From positions 265,360,001-265,424,000 of the forward strand of contig OZ024743.1 of the NCBI GenBank assembly GCA_964016885.1: a stretch of DNA of 64,000 nt. Direction: 5' to 3'. How positions within the stretch are numbered: the first letter of the stretch is position 1; each line of letters starts with the position of its first letter. The position numbers and the translations under genes are program-made. The notes below the pieces were generated by a model. It saw nothing but the letters and a program-made list of their open reading frames with translations, ran no database searches and was not told where the DNA came from. The stretch comes from Eledone cirrhosa (lineage: Eukaryota). Shown piece after piece: positions 1-14,706 of this stretch.

Positions 1-174
1 TAGAAGGAAGACGCAATAGAGTAAGACCACGAAAGACAGGGGCGGAGGTTGTGAGAGCAGACCTCAGATAGCTGAATCTCATGGAGGAGAAGGATGACAA
101 GTGGAGAGATGCTGTGCTGAATAGGACCCGTCCCACCCTTGCAAGCAGGGACAAGCGGACGTAAAATGATGATG

Positions 175-178
<4 letters not shown>
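1..178 (+). mobile_element. 3' end of an RTE-clade LINE (or RTE-derived SINE) with (GAT)n tail
   Basis: Translates as EGRRNRVRPRKTGAEVVRADL...KWRDAV, the typical RTE C-terminal GxRxRGRPxKTW..DL..W motif. Ends in tgatgatgat. Confidence 0.7.
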
Positions 179-209
<31 letters not shown>

Positions 210-247
210 AGAAAGATTTGAACGGATACAGTCTAGTTGAAAGGAAT

Positions 248-368
248 TTATTGACACGTGTTTCTGTAACAGTTACATAACCTAAAACAGCTGCTATCTA
301 CAAAAGTTTTAGTTATGCAGACATTCAATATTTCAATGTTATTATTTACTGTCATTTCATCAGAATAA
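248..368 (-). ncRNA. Hammerhead ribozyme motif (type I, pLTR copy)
   Basis: Reverse complement of 2512-2632. Confidence 0.8.
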
Positions 369-1232
369 TATTATTGAGGACCTATTTGGTTTTTATAGAG
401 AATATTAGGAGGGAGGGGTGAAGTTGTTAGAAGAATAGTTGAGGGAGTGGTTTGTTGATAGCAGTGAGAATTTTTTGGTGGCAGTGAGTAATTAGATTCC
501 CATCTGTTGTTTTGACACTTTTATAGAATACATTATTGGTTATTTTTCTAAATTTATAGAAGGATTAGAGATAGTAAAGATATGCGTGGTTGGTTTTGTG
601 TTTGCACTTAATTAACATTTAGACTTAAATTTTTCTTTCAAGTGTACGTATCCTTTCACCCACGCATTCACACACAAATATATTTGCACACCTCTACAAA
701 ATACATATACTCACATTCACATATTCATACTTACATACATATACAAATGCATACATATATATATACACACATGTATTCATGTACATACATACGCGTTCAT
801 GTGTATACATTTTCATACTCAACTTATCTTTATATACACACGCATAGACACACACATATATACATACATACTCTAGTCTATGTGTACACATATACATATA
901 CATACACACCCATACATATATATATATATACACACATATATATATACATATATATATATATATAAGCACTTTAAAACATGAATACACTTACATCCTACTA
1001 TACACATCAAACATATATATATTTACTTATTTATATACATTTTCACATATATATACATACTTATGGACGTTTTTAGACACATTCATTATCGCATATTTGC
1101 ACCTATTTTCATCAGCATATCTTTCCATTATTAGTGTGGTAATTTAAGGTTATTAATATATGTTGAGAAGAGATTGTTTTTATATTTTTCTAACTAGAAT
1201 GAGGTTTATATAGTTGGGGGGATGTCCCTCTT

Positions 1233-2300
1233 TTATGTAATATTCGGCTTGTAGTGGGAAAAAAGGGTTTTAGTTCTGTGACGGCAGAATAATGTTCGTT
1301 CAATTCTGTTATTCAGCAATTTCTTCTTGTGTGTGATTATGTAATAAATCTCAAGATTACATAATTTGCAGAAATTTTGGCTCCTGGAAAAGCTTTGGGT
1401 TTTAGCTAATTTCTCCCATTTTAGAGTAAACTTTTGATCACTATCCCTGAGCGTCCAAGCTTTTTCTGCTAAAGTTGTTACATTTCTTTGGCTCTGGTGT
1501 TTTATTGAGTAAGAATGCCTATATAATCGAGATTTGAACGATGTTGCCGTTGATCCCACGTAATACCACTCGTTGCTTCCGGATTTAATGGTACACTTAC
1601 AAATAATATTTTTTTCCAGGCAGTTATTGCCGAGGGGGCAGTTGTCAGGATAGGTGCAGTTACAGTTGTGTACGCTGGGTTTTCTCTGGAGTAGTATCGC
1701 GGACGAACTTAGGTGTGGTTTATTTATGTTCTGTAGTGTATTGTCTACTGTTTTTTTTGTGTTTTTTGTACTTAAGTTCTTAGTGTTTTCGTTTAACCTT
1801 CTAGTATTGATCTTTTTTATGTGTTGTTCAAGGTTTAACGCTGTAGAGTATGACAGTCTTATAGTGGTTGGGTTTAGGATTTTGTGGTATTTGTGTGATG
1901 TAGGAAAATGTCTCTTAATTATTTTAAAGAAGAGTACTGGTAAATTTGTACTAATGGAACTATTGTATTCGGGGTTATACCATAAGTACTCTTTGCATCG
2001 CTTTCTATTAGTTTTGTTTGTTGGTTTACTGGTGTGCATACTACGGTAGTAAGTGTGGTTTGGTGTTGTGTTATTATATCTACCTATGTGGGATTTATTT
2101 TGGGTGTTTTGATTGTTCCCATCTATATACTCTATTTTGTTGAGGTAGCCTGCTTTACTAAGGGCGTTATCGTAGTACTCGGCGTGTTCCTTAAATACTT
2201 GTATGTTAGAAGATAGACCCGAGATTCTAAGGGAAATATTTTTAGGGATAGATTTAATTATAGAGATGGGGTGGTTAGATCCAACATTTACATATTTGAG
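1233..2300 (-). pseudogene. PLE ORF 3' part: RT thumb + Cys-rich linker + GIY-YIG endonuclease (open frame, no start, about 355 codons)
   Basis: Frame is open upstream of ORF 1233..2039: KYVNVGSNHPISIIKSIPKNISLRISGLSS..ALSKAGY. Then WYNPEY, CNC..CPL..NCL, IICKC..YYVGSTATSFKSR..H, CKLCNLE, LNNR..CRH. Confidence 0.9.
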
Positions 2301-2511
2301 ATTTACTATCTCTAATCCTTCTATAAATTTAGAAAAATAACCAATAATATATTCTATAAAAATGTCAAAACAACAGATGGGAATCTAATTACTCACTGCC
2401 ACCAAAAAATTCTCACTGTTATCAACAAACCACTCCCTCAACTATTCTTCTAACAACTTCACCCCTCCCTCCTAATACTCTCTATAAAAACCAAATAGGT
2501 CCTCAATAATA

Positions 2512-2632
2512 TTATTCTGATGAAATGACAGTAAATAATAACATTGAAATATTGAATGTCTGCATAACTAAAACTTTTGTAGATAGCAGCTGTTTTAGGT
2601 TATGTAACTGTTACAGAAACACGTGTCAATAA
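2512..2632 (+). ncRNA. Hammerhead ribozyme motif (type I, long stem II)
   Basis: ttatt-CTGATGA(2517)-aa-tgacag...ctgtta-ca-GAAAC(2616)-ACGT-GTC-aataa. Stem I is ttatt/aataa and the cleavage triplet is GUC. Confidence 0.8.
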
Positions 2633-2781
2633 ATTCCTTTCAACTAAACTGTATCCATTCAAATCTTTCTATTTTTCTCCGGATTACTTTTGGAACTACA
2701 ACTGGAACCGTCGAGCAAACTCTACGTGAGCTGTCAATCTACTGTGTGTAATATTTATATTACAATACAACGGAAAATACT

Positions 2782-2795
2782 GTATATATATATAT

Positions 2796-2892
<97 letters not shown>

Positions 2893-2904
2893 ATATATAT
2901 ATAT

Positions 2905-2951
<47 letters not shown>
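2782..2951. repeat. (TA)n microsatellite
   Basis: Direct observation. Confidence 0.95.
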
Positions 2952-2953
<2 letters not shown>

Positions 2954-4883
2954 AGCAAAAGATTTGTTGGACCTATTTCTATATAAGTTCAGGAACATGT
3001 ACTCTCCTTTGCTGACTTGAAACTACAACCTTATGATTAAGTGGATAATGTCTAGACATGCATTCATATGTTGCAACTGAAAGCTTGAATCTATGATTTG
3101 GTTTCATAAAGCTCAACCTTTAATTATAGGAGCTGTTTTTAACACTTTCCACTGAAGTACAAAGTTTTTCCTCGTGTAAGGTGATACGTAACACCCACAA
3201 ATGGTACAAAATTATGTGCAGGAATGTTAATTTAACGTCTGGGCTATCAATTAATCAAGCTAAAGTTGAGCTGCTGACATCTGATTTTCATGCAAGGGCA
3301 TGAAATATGAAAATTAACTAAACTTTCACTAAACTTGTAGATTGTAGATTATAATTTTTGTAGATTATAATTTTTTGTTTCAATATTTTATTTTATTTGC
3401 AGCATAAATTAATCTCATAGAAAACGACAAAATAGAATATCAGTCGTGTATTTAATTCAAGTGGAAATTTCGATGTATTGATAGTTTTGCAAATACTTGT
3501 GCTTTATGCTGTCGCCAATTTCATAATTAAACTTCGTTTATCAGACATTCAAGAAATGTTGATGTTGATCCAGTCTATATTTATAGATCTTCACAAAAAA
3601 CAACAACTTTATTAACAAACAGAAATAAGATAATTAATAATCCTATCCTCATTTCAAATAATTTGTGAAAAATGATATGCCATAACTATGGTATCTTAAG
3701 ATAATCTATTTAAAAACAATTATCATAACTAAAATGTTAGGGTCAATCTGTAGTTGATCCTGGAATGTTGATTCGCGAAGGATTGTTCTATATAAACCGT
3801 CTATAAAATTGTTGATGCTGAGCTTCATAAAAAAAAACAAAAAAGAAACAGTTAAAACGAAACAAATATAGAATCTAAACTAAAATATTGCGTATACGCA
3901 ATTAATCTAAGTGTTCTTTTTTTCTCGCCATTAAATTTTATCAGTGCCTATTACAGTTTTTGGCGGTAGACAATAACCTAACTTTCAAATTCCTTTCTGT
4001 AAAAAAGAATCAGAAATATTTGCATTAGCTTTGAGTTTCTCCTTGAAAAGATGCAGCTACATACAAAATATAAATACTATAGATTCAAGTGGATCTCAGT
4101 CGCTTAATGCTATAAAAAACGACATATCCAATGCTATACCAGCTGTTGTCTTGTCAGCCTGATAGTAGCAATAAGTCATGTGAAATAGATGTCATTATAA
4201 TGGGGCAATAATCGGAGATAATAACCATTTTTGTTATCTAGGTTAATAGTTTGCATATTTTCACTTGTTCTTATGTTTGTTGCTGTTGTTTGATAATGAA
4301 TTTTATTGTTGTTTTTATTGTCGTTAGCTCAATTAAAAACATTTTTTCATGGCAGATAAGTTATGGTGGCAATTATTTTATTTTGTTTCTTCTTTCTGAT
4401 TTCCTGATTCTCGTTGGTTTTGTCGTTGTTGTTGTTGTTATTATTGTTATTTTTTATTCTTACTGTTGATTTGTGTCATAATTATGGTGCTCCCTTCTTG
4501 TTTGTTGTTGTTCTTGCATTTGTTTCCAGTACTACTGCGGTCAGAGTTCTTGTATTTGTTTTAGTTGTGGTTGTTGTTGTTGTTGTTGTCGTCGTTGCAT
4601 AGTTGCCATATTTTATATACTTTCAATTAAAAAGTATATCACTGAAAAGGGAGGGGGATAAAAATAGAGAAAGAGAGAGGAGGGGAAATTTAGGGAAACA
4701 GAGGGAGAGGGGGTGGAGTTAAGGATAGAAAATGTGTGTGGAGATGTTAGAGAGCGGGAAGAAACAGAAGGAGGCGGTCAAAATGGCTGATATCGGTTTA
4801 ACAGAGGAAAACGTAAATGACGGTGAACATTTAGAGTATGCAGCAACAGCAACAACAGCAGCACCATCATCAGCAGCAGCATC

Positions 4884-4930
<47 letters not shown>

Positions 4931-4947
4931 CGGTGGTGTTGGTGTTG

Positions 4948-4996
<49 letters not shown>
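4884..4996. repeat. (GTA)n microsatellite
   Basis: Direct observation. It is the source of the poly-V/poly-L ORFs. Confidence 0.95.
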
Positions 4997-5072
4997 AGTA
5001 GTGTAGCCATTGTACTTAGCAGAAGACCACGAGAAGAAATCCGTCCGGCTGTTCAGCCAACACACTATACGC

Positions 5073-5234
5073 CAGACACATGCAACAGTTTTCGAGCAGT
5101 GGGCCGCATAGAATGTGGTTCATCCCAAGTTGGGCCGCACTACTAAAACATTCAAGGCAATTTTGAAATTAGGCGTGTATTCAGAAAGCCGAACGTGTCG
5201 CATGCGGCTCGCGGGCCACATTTGCCTATGACTG
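5073..5234. mobile_element. hAT (Charlie/Buster-like) MITE
   Basis: Exact 8-bp TSD ctatacgc (5065-5072 and 5235-5242) with central TA. Imperfect TIRs cagacacatgcaac / cagtcataggcaaa. Subterminal gggccgca motifs. Confidence 0.8.
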
Positions 5235-5817
5235 CTATACGCACTAGGTAACAAGAAAAAAATATACTACTACGATACTTCCTATGCAAAAGAAACAGCG
5301 AGCCACCCTGTGTCTAATCCATCTTGATTAAGATACTTCTCGTCCTGTCTCTAACCCTACTGTGCATTGAAAAGCTGTCTGATTTCCGTCGTCCGTACTG
5401 TTCTGTTTCTCACTACCTACAAAACTGACACTGACCATACGCCCAATATTTGTTCTAGATAGTTCGAACTATAATTCCTCGGTATTATTGTTGTTATTGT
5501 TATGTTTAGCCCCGATTCAGCTCTACTTCATTTTCATTTTTCAAACATGACAGAATTAGTATTGCATTATGTGATATGAGATTCATATAAATTAATTTGG
5601 GTGGCTGATATGAGGAATATTGCTGGTAAATTCTTGCAGGTCGACCGACAACATACAATCTCCCTTATCTCATCACCATCCCTCAATATTTACATTCCAG
5701 ACATCAAAGTACTAAAGATCGGGATGGACAGCAACAATATTGTCCTAAGAGGTGTATGAATCTTTGCAAAGGCAATGGACGACTACATCCCTTTTAATCG
5801 AAATAAAACAGGAAAAA

Positions 5818-5880
5818 ATCGCGGTAAAAATCGGTAAAGATCGGTAAAAATCGGTAAAAATCGGTAAAAATAGGTAACAA
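5818..5880. repeat. 10-bp minisatellite (atcggtaaaa) x~5
   Basis: Direct observation. Confidence 0.85.
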
Positions 5881-6312
5881 TCGCGGCTGCAATAGAGCGA
5901 CATTAGAACGTCGGGTAAAATATCTTCCAGTATTAATTCCGCTCTTTGCTGTGTGAGTTCACATTTCCCATGGGTCAACTTTGACTTTTGTCGATTCACG
6001 GTATTGCATCCGTTTCTTTGCACCAGGTTTTAAATCTCCGCATAGAGATTCCATTTCTGATCATGGTAACCACAATTGATTATGAAAATTCAACAGATGC
6101 CTGTCAGCAACTCGAATCAAATGATAATACTGAACCAGAAAAAGAAGTGCAGCGTCTATGATATTATTCTTCGTGAGGTAGTCTTCAAAGTATATATTTA
6201 AAACGGAATGGGTCACGGTATGGAACCAAAGATCTATATGTTGAAGCTAGAGAAAATGAGGGATCATGCATCATATTGGTCAGGTAGCCAAAACAATATA
6301 CTTTTAATGCTT

Positions 6313-6339
6313 TTCTTCTTCTTCTTCTTCTTCTTCTTC

Positions 6340-6425
<86 letters not shown>
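6313..6425. repeat. (TTC)n(TTA)n microsatellite
   Basis: Direct observation. Confidence 0.95.
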
Positions 6426-7204
6426 GTTTATCCATTGCGTACCTGACTACTATTTCTAGCATGCCAATAGTCTTCGTAGAGATTCCCTCATTTTGCTCGA
6501 TCTATTTTCTCTTAGCCCTGTCCCTACGCTTCCAATTGTTGCCCCGGTGATCGTTTTCTTTGTAGTTCATGTTTTCTTCACCAACACTAAATACATTGTT
6601 TATGGCAGTACATTCCAGAGACATCGTTAAATATTAGTACTTCTTGTCATCTTGTCAAATGACCTTTTATATTTAGTCAATAGTTACATGATTTGGCTAG
6701 TAATTTACTTAGCCTAGCCTCGTTAATATCAATTACTACTGTCTGTAGTAGTGTTTTTACGGGAGAGTTAGTTATTTGGCAGGATGTTAGAGTAGGCAGT
6801 AAAGATTCATTGGTCTATGTATGTATGTATTCATATTTATATGTATCTATGTATATATGTATATATATATCCACGGGCATCTTTTACACACTTACGTATG
6901 TATGTGTGTGTGGGGGCGTGTGTGTAGACATGTTATTGTGGAACAAATATGTCTGTTGAAAGAATGACACTGTTCCAGTTTTATCTCTTTTTAATGAAGG
7001 ATTTTTCATATTTGCACACGAATTTCCTAAAAGTGTATATAAGACTATAATCATAATTGTGTACACGTATTCACAATTGCATAAGCATATAACCTCCATA
7101 TTCACGTATATATCCCAATATACATAAATATTTATGCTCGTTTATAAAATACTGTAGGTCTTTATTTTACCTCTCTATATCTTTATATCGTTTACAATTT
7201 TAAG

Positions 7205-7335
7205 ATTTTATATAGAATAGACTTCTGCTGGACTAGAACTGTTTTATTCTTATGAAACCTTACGGAACGTTCTGATGATTTCGTACGAATTAAAATGTTC
7301 TAATCCTATATATATTCAACCAATGTATTGAGTAG
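7205..7335 (+). mobile_element. Degenerate fold-back HHR element (family of 37003 and 47590)
   Basis: ggactagaactgttt is the inverse of aaacagttctagtcc. It is followed by CTGATGAtttcgtacgaat and the tail motif tattgagta. Confidence 0.5.
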
Positions 7336-7737
7336 TTGATTTAATTGTGATTTATTTCCGATTTAATTCTCTTCCTGACAAAACTATTGCGCACCACTTT
7401 TTTAAACCTTTTCTCTCAGTTGAAGGATGATATCTAGAGTCGTAGGATTTTATTTTTTTATATTTTTTTCTTTGATTGGGAGGCTCCAATTGTGTAATTC
7501 GTTAAAAATAAGAATTTATCCTACGTCTCCCTGTCTAGGTTGTTGCCGACCTGCGTACCATGAAATGAGTATTCTCAACTTTAACGAACCGAAACTACAC
7601 GGATTTTAAGAAGTTGACTGAAGAGAAGGCCTTATCAGTGTTTTTTTCCGTTGTCTTTGTATTATTGGTCTCCTGTTTAGATTCCTTTCCGATACAGTCT
7701 TATCTATCTATCTATCTATCTCTTTCTCTTTATCTCT

Positions 7738-9637
<1,900 letters not shown>

Positions 9638-9659
9638 CATACATATATATATATATAAA

Positions 9660-9735
<76 letters not shown>

Positions 9736-9737
<2 letters not shown>

Positions 9738-9815
9738 GGAAGGAGTATGACACCGACGGCTGAGTTCAAACCGTTTCGACGGCTAATTCTGGACTAAAAT
9801 ACTAAAATTCTGGAC
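9736..9815 (-). mobile_element. Fragment of the 53331-54705 fold-back family
   Basis: ccgacggctgagttcaaaccgtttcgacggctaattctggactaaa matches 53349-53394. Located in (TA)n. Confidence 0.75.
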
Positions 9816-10033
9816 TATATATATATATATATAGAGAGAGAGAGATCAGGATTTTAACTATTTTAAACTCGTAAGCAGTTATTCATCTGAGTACTAGATA
9901 CTTGGGATATGAGGGCGTAAAAATACTTGACTGTCGGCTCATAGGCTGAGTTCTTGTCGTGTCGACAGCAAATTTCAGACTGTCTGAAATTTGGTGTTAA
10001 AACTGCAAGAGCTCAGCCATCGGGCCCCAACTC

Positions 10034-10125
<92 letters not shown>

Positions 10126-10129
<4 letters not shown>

Positions 10130-10180
10130 TAACATTTTGTACATATACTAACATTTTGTACATATACTAACATTTTGTAC
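10126..10180. repeat. 19-bp tandem repeat (atactaacattttgtacat) x~3
   Basis: Direct observation. Confidence 0.85.
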
Positions 10181-10221
10181 TGCTCTCTTCGCTATTGTTT
10201 TTATTTTCTGTTTTAACTATA

Positions 10222-10310
<89 letters not shown>

Positions 10311-10315
<5 letters not shown>

Positions 10316-10725
10316 AAAAAAAACGAAAAATCAGTGATGCATCTGAACCCAGTTTATTGCGTGTTACAATTGTTTCGCCGGCAGGTAGCTCGAGACATGA
10401 TCACTGCATGGACCAGGCTGATTCTACGGCTGCAGGTTCCTTCGGACACGGGTAGTTCGGTCGGAACAAATTTTCTCATAAATTTGCTCCGAACGAACTA
10501 CCCGTGTCCGAAGTAACCTGCAGCCGTAGAATCAGTCTGGTCCATGCAGTGATCATGTCTCGAGCTACCTGCCGGCGAAACAATTGTAACACGCAATAAA
10601 CTGGGTTCAGATGCATCACTGATTTTTCATTTTTTTATACTATCCACACTCTACTCTGTATGAATATTGAGTGCTAATTTTGGCATACCGCCTATGGAAG
10701 CACTATAGTTTCATTATACACAAGT
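10311..10725 (+). mobile_element. Near-perfect hairpin element with HHR-like motif and tail, in (TA)n
   Basis: Arms 10311-10473 and 10480-10642 with a 6-nt loop. Motif cgtgt-CCGAAG..GAAAC-AATT-GTA-acacg. Tail 10643-10725. Confidence 0.85.
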
Positions 10726-12364
10726 ATATATATATATATATATATATCAGCAGAATATAAGATAACAGTTTAAATAGGTTAATTTCTTTTCATCCACTTC
10801 TGTCTTGTACTTGCATTGTAAAACATTTTCTAAAGCAATTCGGAATAAAACCTTCTTGAGTAGAAATAGAACTTACAATGGATGAAGTAGAAAAGGCTGA
10901 GTGCTATATGTTTACACAGCATATGGGAAACTGGCATAAAAAAATATCAAACAATTGTAGTCATGAATACAATACTATCGAAAATTTTCTATCAATAATA
11001 CCCCCAACCACAACATCAGCAACAAGTATCGCAACCATCGGCAACCAAACCACAAAGACTCAACCAACAACAATGTCGGCAAAACACCTTCATATAAAAT
11101 TTCCCCCAAAATCCACCACAACATCACAACTCCTATAAACTGCATTACGAATTGAAACTGTAATAATAAAACATCTACCGCAACCACCACCCTATCACTA
11201 CTACAACAACACCAACACCAACAACAAAAACGATAATCCTGCCAACACCACCGACAACAACGATAAAAAGAACACAACTACAACATTCAGTAGCAATATC
11301 AATAACAAAGACAGTACGAAAGTTACAACAATGCAATCGCCTACAACAAAAACAATAGCATCTTTATAAAGAACTTCAAAACAAGCAAAAGTAGATGCGA
11401 CAAGACTAATATGATTAATGCTTAAATAATATGCATTTTCAATTTAGATTTTCTTCAAAATATTGGCACAATTCTGATATGTAATGTGCTGTCTATCTCT
11501 AGCAAAATGATCCATACTGAACAGATTTCATAATTTCGTAGAAACTGCATGAAACAAAATTTCTATTTTGCTTAAAAATTGCAACCAAGCTTTTGATAAG
11601 CGGAACTACGCTTGACATATGGCTGGAGAGGATTCAGTGCTAAACATTAGGATGGTAGTAATGACAGTATCTGAAGAGTAATGCTCCCCAGCGACCATCG
11701 TAGAATTCTATTGTTCAGTGACCGCAAACGTTAATTTTGGCTTTGTTATTATCGCTAGGAATCGTTTATTTCAGTCATTATCTGTATTTAATTTATTCTG
11801 TTCCTCTCAGATATGAAAACTCAAAATGTTGTATACTGTCTTCTTCTTGCGTAACTAATCTCACCCATTTAGATTATGAAATAATGCCTCGTTGGGTCAC
11901 CGCCAGTGAATGCTTTGCATGTACGTTGAACCAGTGGCAACTAACATAGTATTGGTTTCTTTTCGTTGTATAGGGTAATGTAATAGCTCAGTAAATTAGC
12001 TTAATAAAACGTTAATATTGAAACGGTGTCATTTTCTTTCTTTGATGATATTTATTGAAATATGAAATAGCAACAATAACAAACATAATTATTTCTAATG
12101 TTGGCATACGAAGATCAATTTGAGGGAGGGGAAACTGATTACATCATCCCTAATACTTGTGTTGTGCTTTATGTTATCATCCACGTAGAATGAACTCAAA
12201 GTTGATCTTTGTGGGAAAATTCTGAGAAAGGCTCAAGAACAGAAATTTGAGTAGATGTGAAGAGTCAAATATATCGGATTCGTATTGATTGGTATTGTTT
12301 TTTAAATTTATCATGAAAGAATGAAAAGCGAAATGTTCGCATATGCGTCATAGGTAGGCATATC

Positions 12365-12405
<41 letters not shown>

Positions 12406-12562
12406 TAAACGGAATAGAAAATGCTGACAAATTGTTCACAGTTGAAAAATGGTTTAATTAGGAATAAAAGAGTATTAGTAATTGTATGGGTTAGTATTCA
12501 GTTGTGGTTTTAAGTTTTTAAGTTTTTACCGGTTGCGCATTATATATATATATATATATATA

Positions 12563-12645
12563 TATTGTTATAATTTGGGAGGGTCATGTTGCCGGTGGTT
12601 GGTTGTTTCTTATTGGCAACATGACTCTCCCAAAGTATAACAATA
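12563..12645. repeat. Short fold-back (31-bp arms) of the 57298-57530 family terminus
   Basis: tattgttataatttgggagggtcatgttgcc / ggcaacatgactctcccaaagtataacaata. The same sequence occurs at 57501-57530 and about 39630-39650. Confidence 0.8.
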
Positions 12646-12698
12646 TCGGTTTCAACACAGTTTTCAGATAAAGAATCTTGCTAAACAAATTCAGAAAC

Positions 12699-12788
<90 letters not shown>

Positions 12789-12956
12789 ATATATATATAT
12801 ATTTGTTTGCATATATATATATATATATATAGTAATAATAATGAATTTGAAGACTAAAATCAAAAGAGGGCTCGATAATGTAAGCAGGGATTCTTTGCTT
12901 AAACTTTAATCTGTTATTTTAATAAATATCTATATCTATCTATCTATCTATCTATA

Positions 12957-13038
<82 letters not shown>

Positions 13039-13727
13039 GAGGAAGAGAGGGGGTTGATGTCAATCGATACACTGTCATCTCTAACCAACCTTAAAATAGG
13101 AAGACTAAACGCTCCCCCACTTAGGTATCGACAATATTTCGACGGACCATGATATCGAATAAGCGAATAGATTTCCGTCGGTTCTCCTGGAAATAATGTA
13201 ACTTCTGTATGCCATCCTAGTGGAGAAACTATGGATGAGGCGACATTTCATAGTTACTGTCGTACAAAGAATGGTCCACGGCAACGAAAGACCAACAACG
13301 TGACATATTGTACACATTTGGGAAAGAATTGGTCACAAAGTGTTCAACACATCAAATTTTAGAATAGGACTCAACTGCTTATCTCTGAATATATAAATCC
13401 ATTAGACTATCAAGATCAAATAAAAAAGTAAAATGACCTGTCACCAATAGGCACCGCATGTTTCAACTAAGTATATCATTATCCCATGTGCAATTACAGA
13501 AATATATGAATACAATTATTCGAGTATATACCGATGGATACATGTCATGAAGCACACGTGACAGAGTTGTCGGTTTAGTCACCAATAACCGAACCTTTGG
13601 TTGAATAACCCAACCCTGTGTAGAAAAGTTATCCCTAGTACTTAAAACGATTTACAATGGTGTACGTGAGCGCTTAAAAACCCACACTCAAACACACCCA
13701 TCCATACCCCTACGGACACACATTATA

Positions 13728-14512
13728 CGAGGTGTGTCATAAAAGTTCCAGGACTGATGTCACAAAATATTTCTTCGGACTTGGCGCCGAAGGACTCTTC
13801 CACTGAAGGCTCTAGCGTTTGGTTTCCGGGTCGTACTCGAAGATCCATGACTCATCACCGGTGATGACTGTCCCTAGCAAGTCTGGTTCGGTTTCAAGAT
13901 GCTCGAGGATGTCAGGGCACACTTGCATGCGTCGACCCTTCTGGTCACCATTCAGCAGTTTTGGCACCATCTTCGCCCAGACTTTCCGCATATCCAAATC
14001 TTCAGTGAGAATCTTCCAGACGCTGTCCCGATACATGCCCAGCTCATTTGCCATCAGTCGAACAGTCAGCCGACGATCGCTACGTACCATCTGCCTGACG
14101 CGCTCAACGTTGACCTCTGTCCTGGTTGTTGAGGGCCTTCTGCTCCTGGTGTCATCTTCCACGTCCTCGCCTCCTTCTTTAAACCTCTTACACCACTCAA
14201 AAACACTTGAGCGTGACATCGTCTCTTTTCCATACACTTGCTGCAGCAATCCCAGTGCTTCTGACGGACTTTTCCCCAACCGTACCAGAAACTTCAAGTT
14301 TGTTCGTTGCTCTGTGCTCATTGCTTGACGACATGAAACAGAGGACATGTATATAAAATTATGATGAACAAAGTTTGATCGCTGCAGAGAGATAAGATTA
14401 CAGTTACATACTCCATGGGGATTACTTTGAAGGAGAACACTTTTAGTGTGAAGTTTGGGTTTGAAATAAATCTTTTGTGACATCAGTCCTGGAACTTTTC
14501 TGACACACCTCG
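13728..14512 (-). mobile_element. Mariner (Tc1/mariner) internal-deletion derivative
   Basis: 40-bp TIRs (cgaggtgtgtca.aaaagttccaggactgatgtcacaaaa, 1 mismatch), TA target duplication and a transposase N-terminus inside. Confidence 0.93.
13812..14321 (-). pseudogene. Mariner transposase N-terminal half (HTH, linker, first catalytic D)
   Basis: MSTEQRTNLKFLVRLGKSPSE...VFEWCKRFKEG..KMVPKLL...TGDESWIFEYDPETKR*. The rest of the catalytic domain is deleted. Confidence 0.9.
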
Positions 14513-14520
14513 TATATATA

Positions 14521-14706
14521 CGGTGAATTGACAGTATCGGTAGAGGGTCGGACGCCATAATTTTCAGAATAGTTACGTTCCTTTACGGTCTGAGTTCAAA
14601 TCCCGCCGAGGTTAACTTTGCCTTTCATCCTTACGGGGTCGATAAAATAAAGTACCGGTAATGCACTGGGTAATTGCTGGCCTTGTGCCAAAAGTAGAAA
14701 CGATTA
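14521..14706 (+). mobile_element. SINE (abundant family; B-box-like gagttcaaatcc; 3' end gctggccttgtgcc..tagaaac)
   Basis: Near-identical copies at 33884, 44337, 44560, 44904 and 48708. Confidence 0.85.

Larger units (their letters stand above)
209..2781 (-). mobile_element. Penelope-like retroelement (Naiad-like), 5'-truncated, with inverted pLTRs and one-sided tail, in (TA)n
   Basis: Inverted repeat 209-578 vs 2302-2671 (about 370 bp, 6 transitions) encloses an RT-thumb/GIY-YIG frame. Tail 2672-2781 is on the right arm only. (TA)n lies on both flanks. Confidence 0.92.

Noticed and set aside
1233-2300. Selenoprotein-type Naiad ORF
   Set aside because: There is no in-frame TGA in the retained part, and the Cys motifs use normal codons.
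209-2671. A-to-I editing imprint between pLTR arms (4 of 6 differences are A/G in element sense)
   Set aside because: Too few sites, and compatible with ordinary transition bias.
5818-5880. CRISPR-like or iteron array
   Set aside because: Contiguous 10-bp tandem units without spacers in eukaryotic DNA, i.e. a minisatellite.
6025-6177. Possible host exon (ag...gt bounded)
   Set aside because: Only a 32-aa ORF with no recognisable homology and no partner exons.
10878-11400. Thr-rich mucin-like ORF
   Set aside because: Degenerate (ACA)n low-complexity sequence with stops in all frames.
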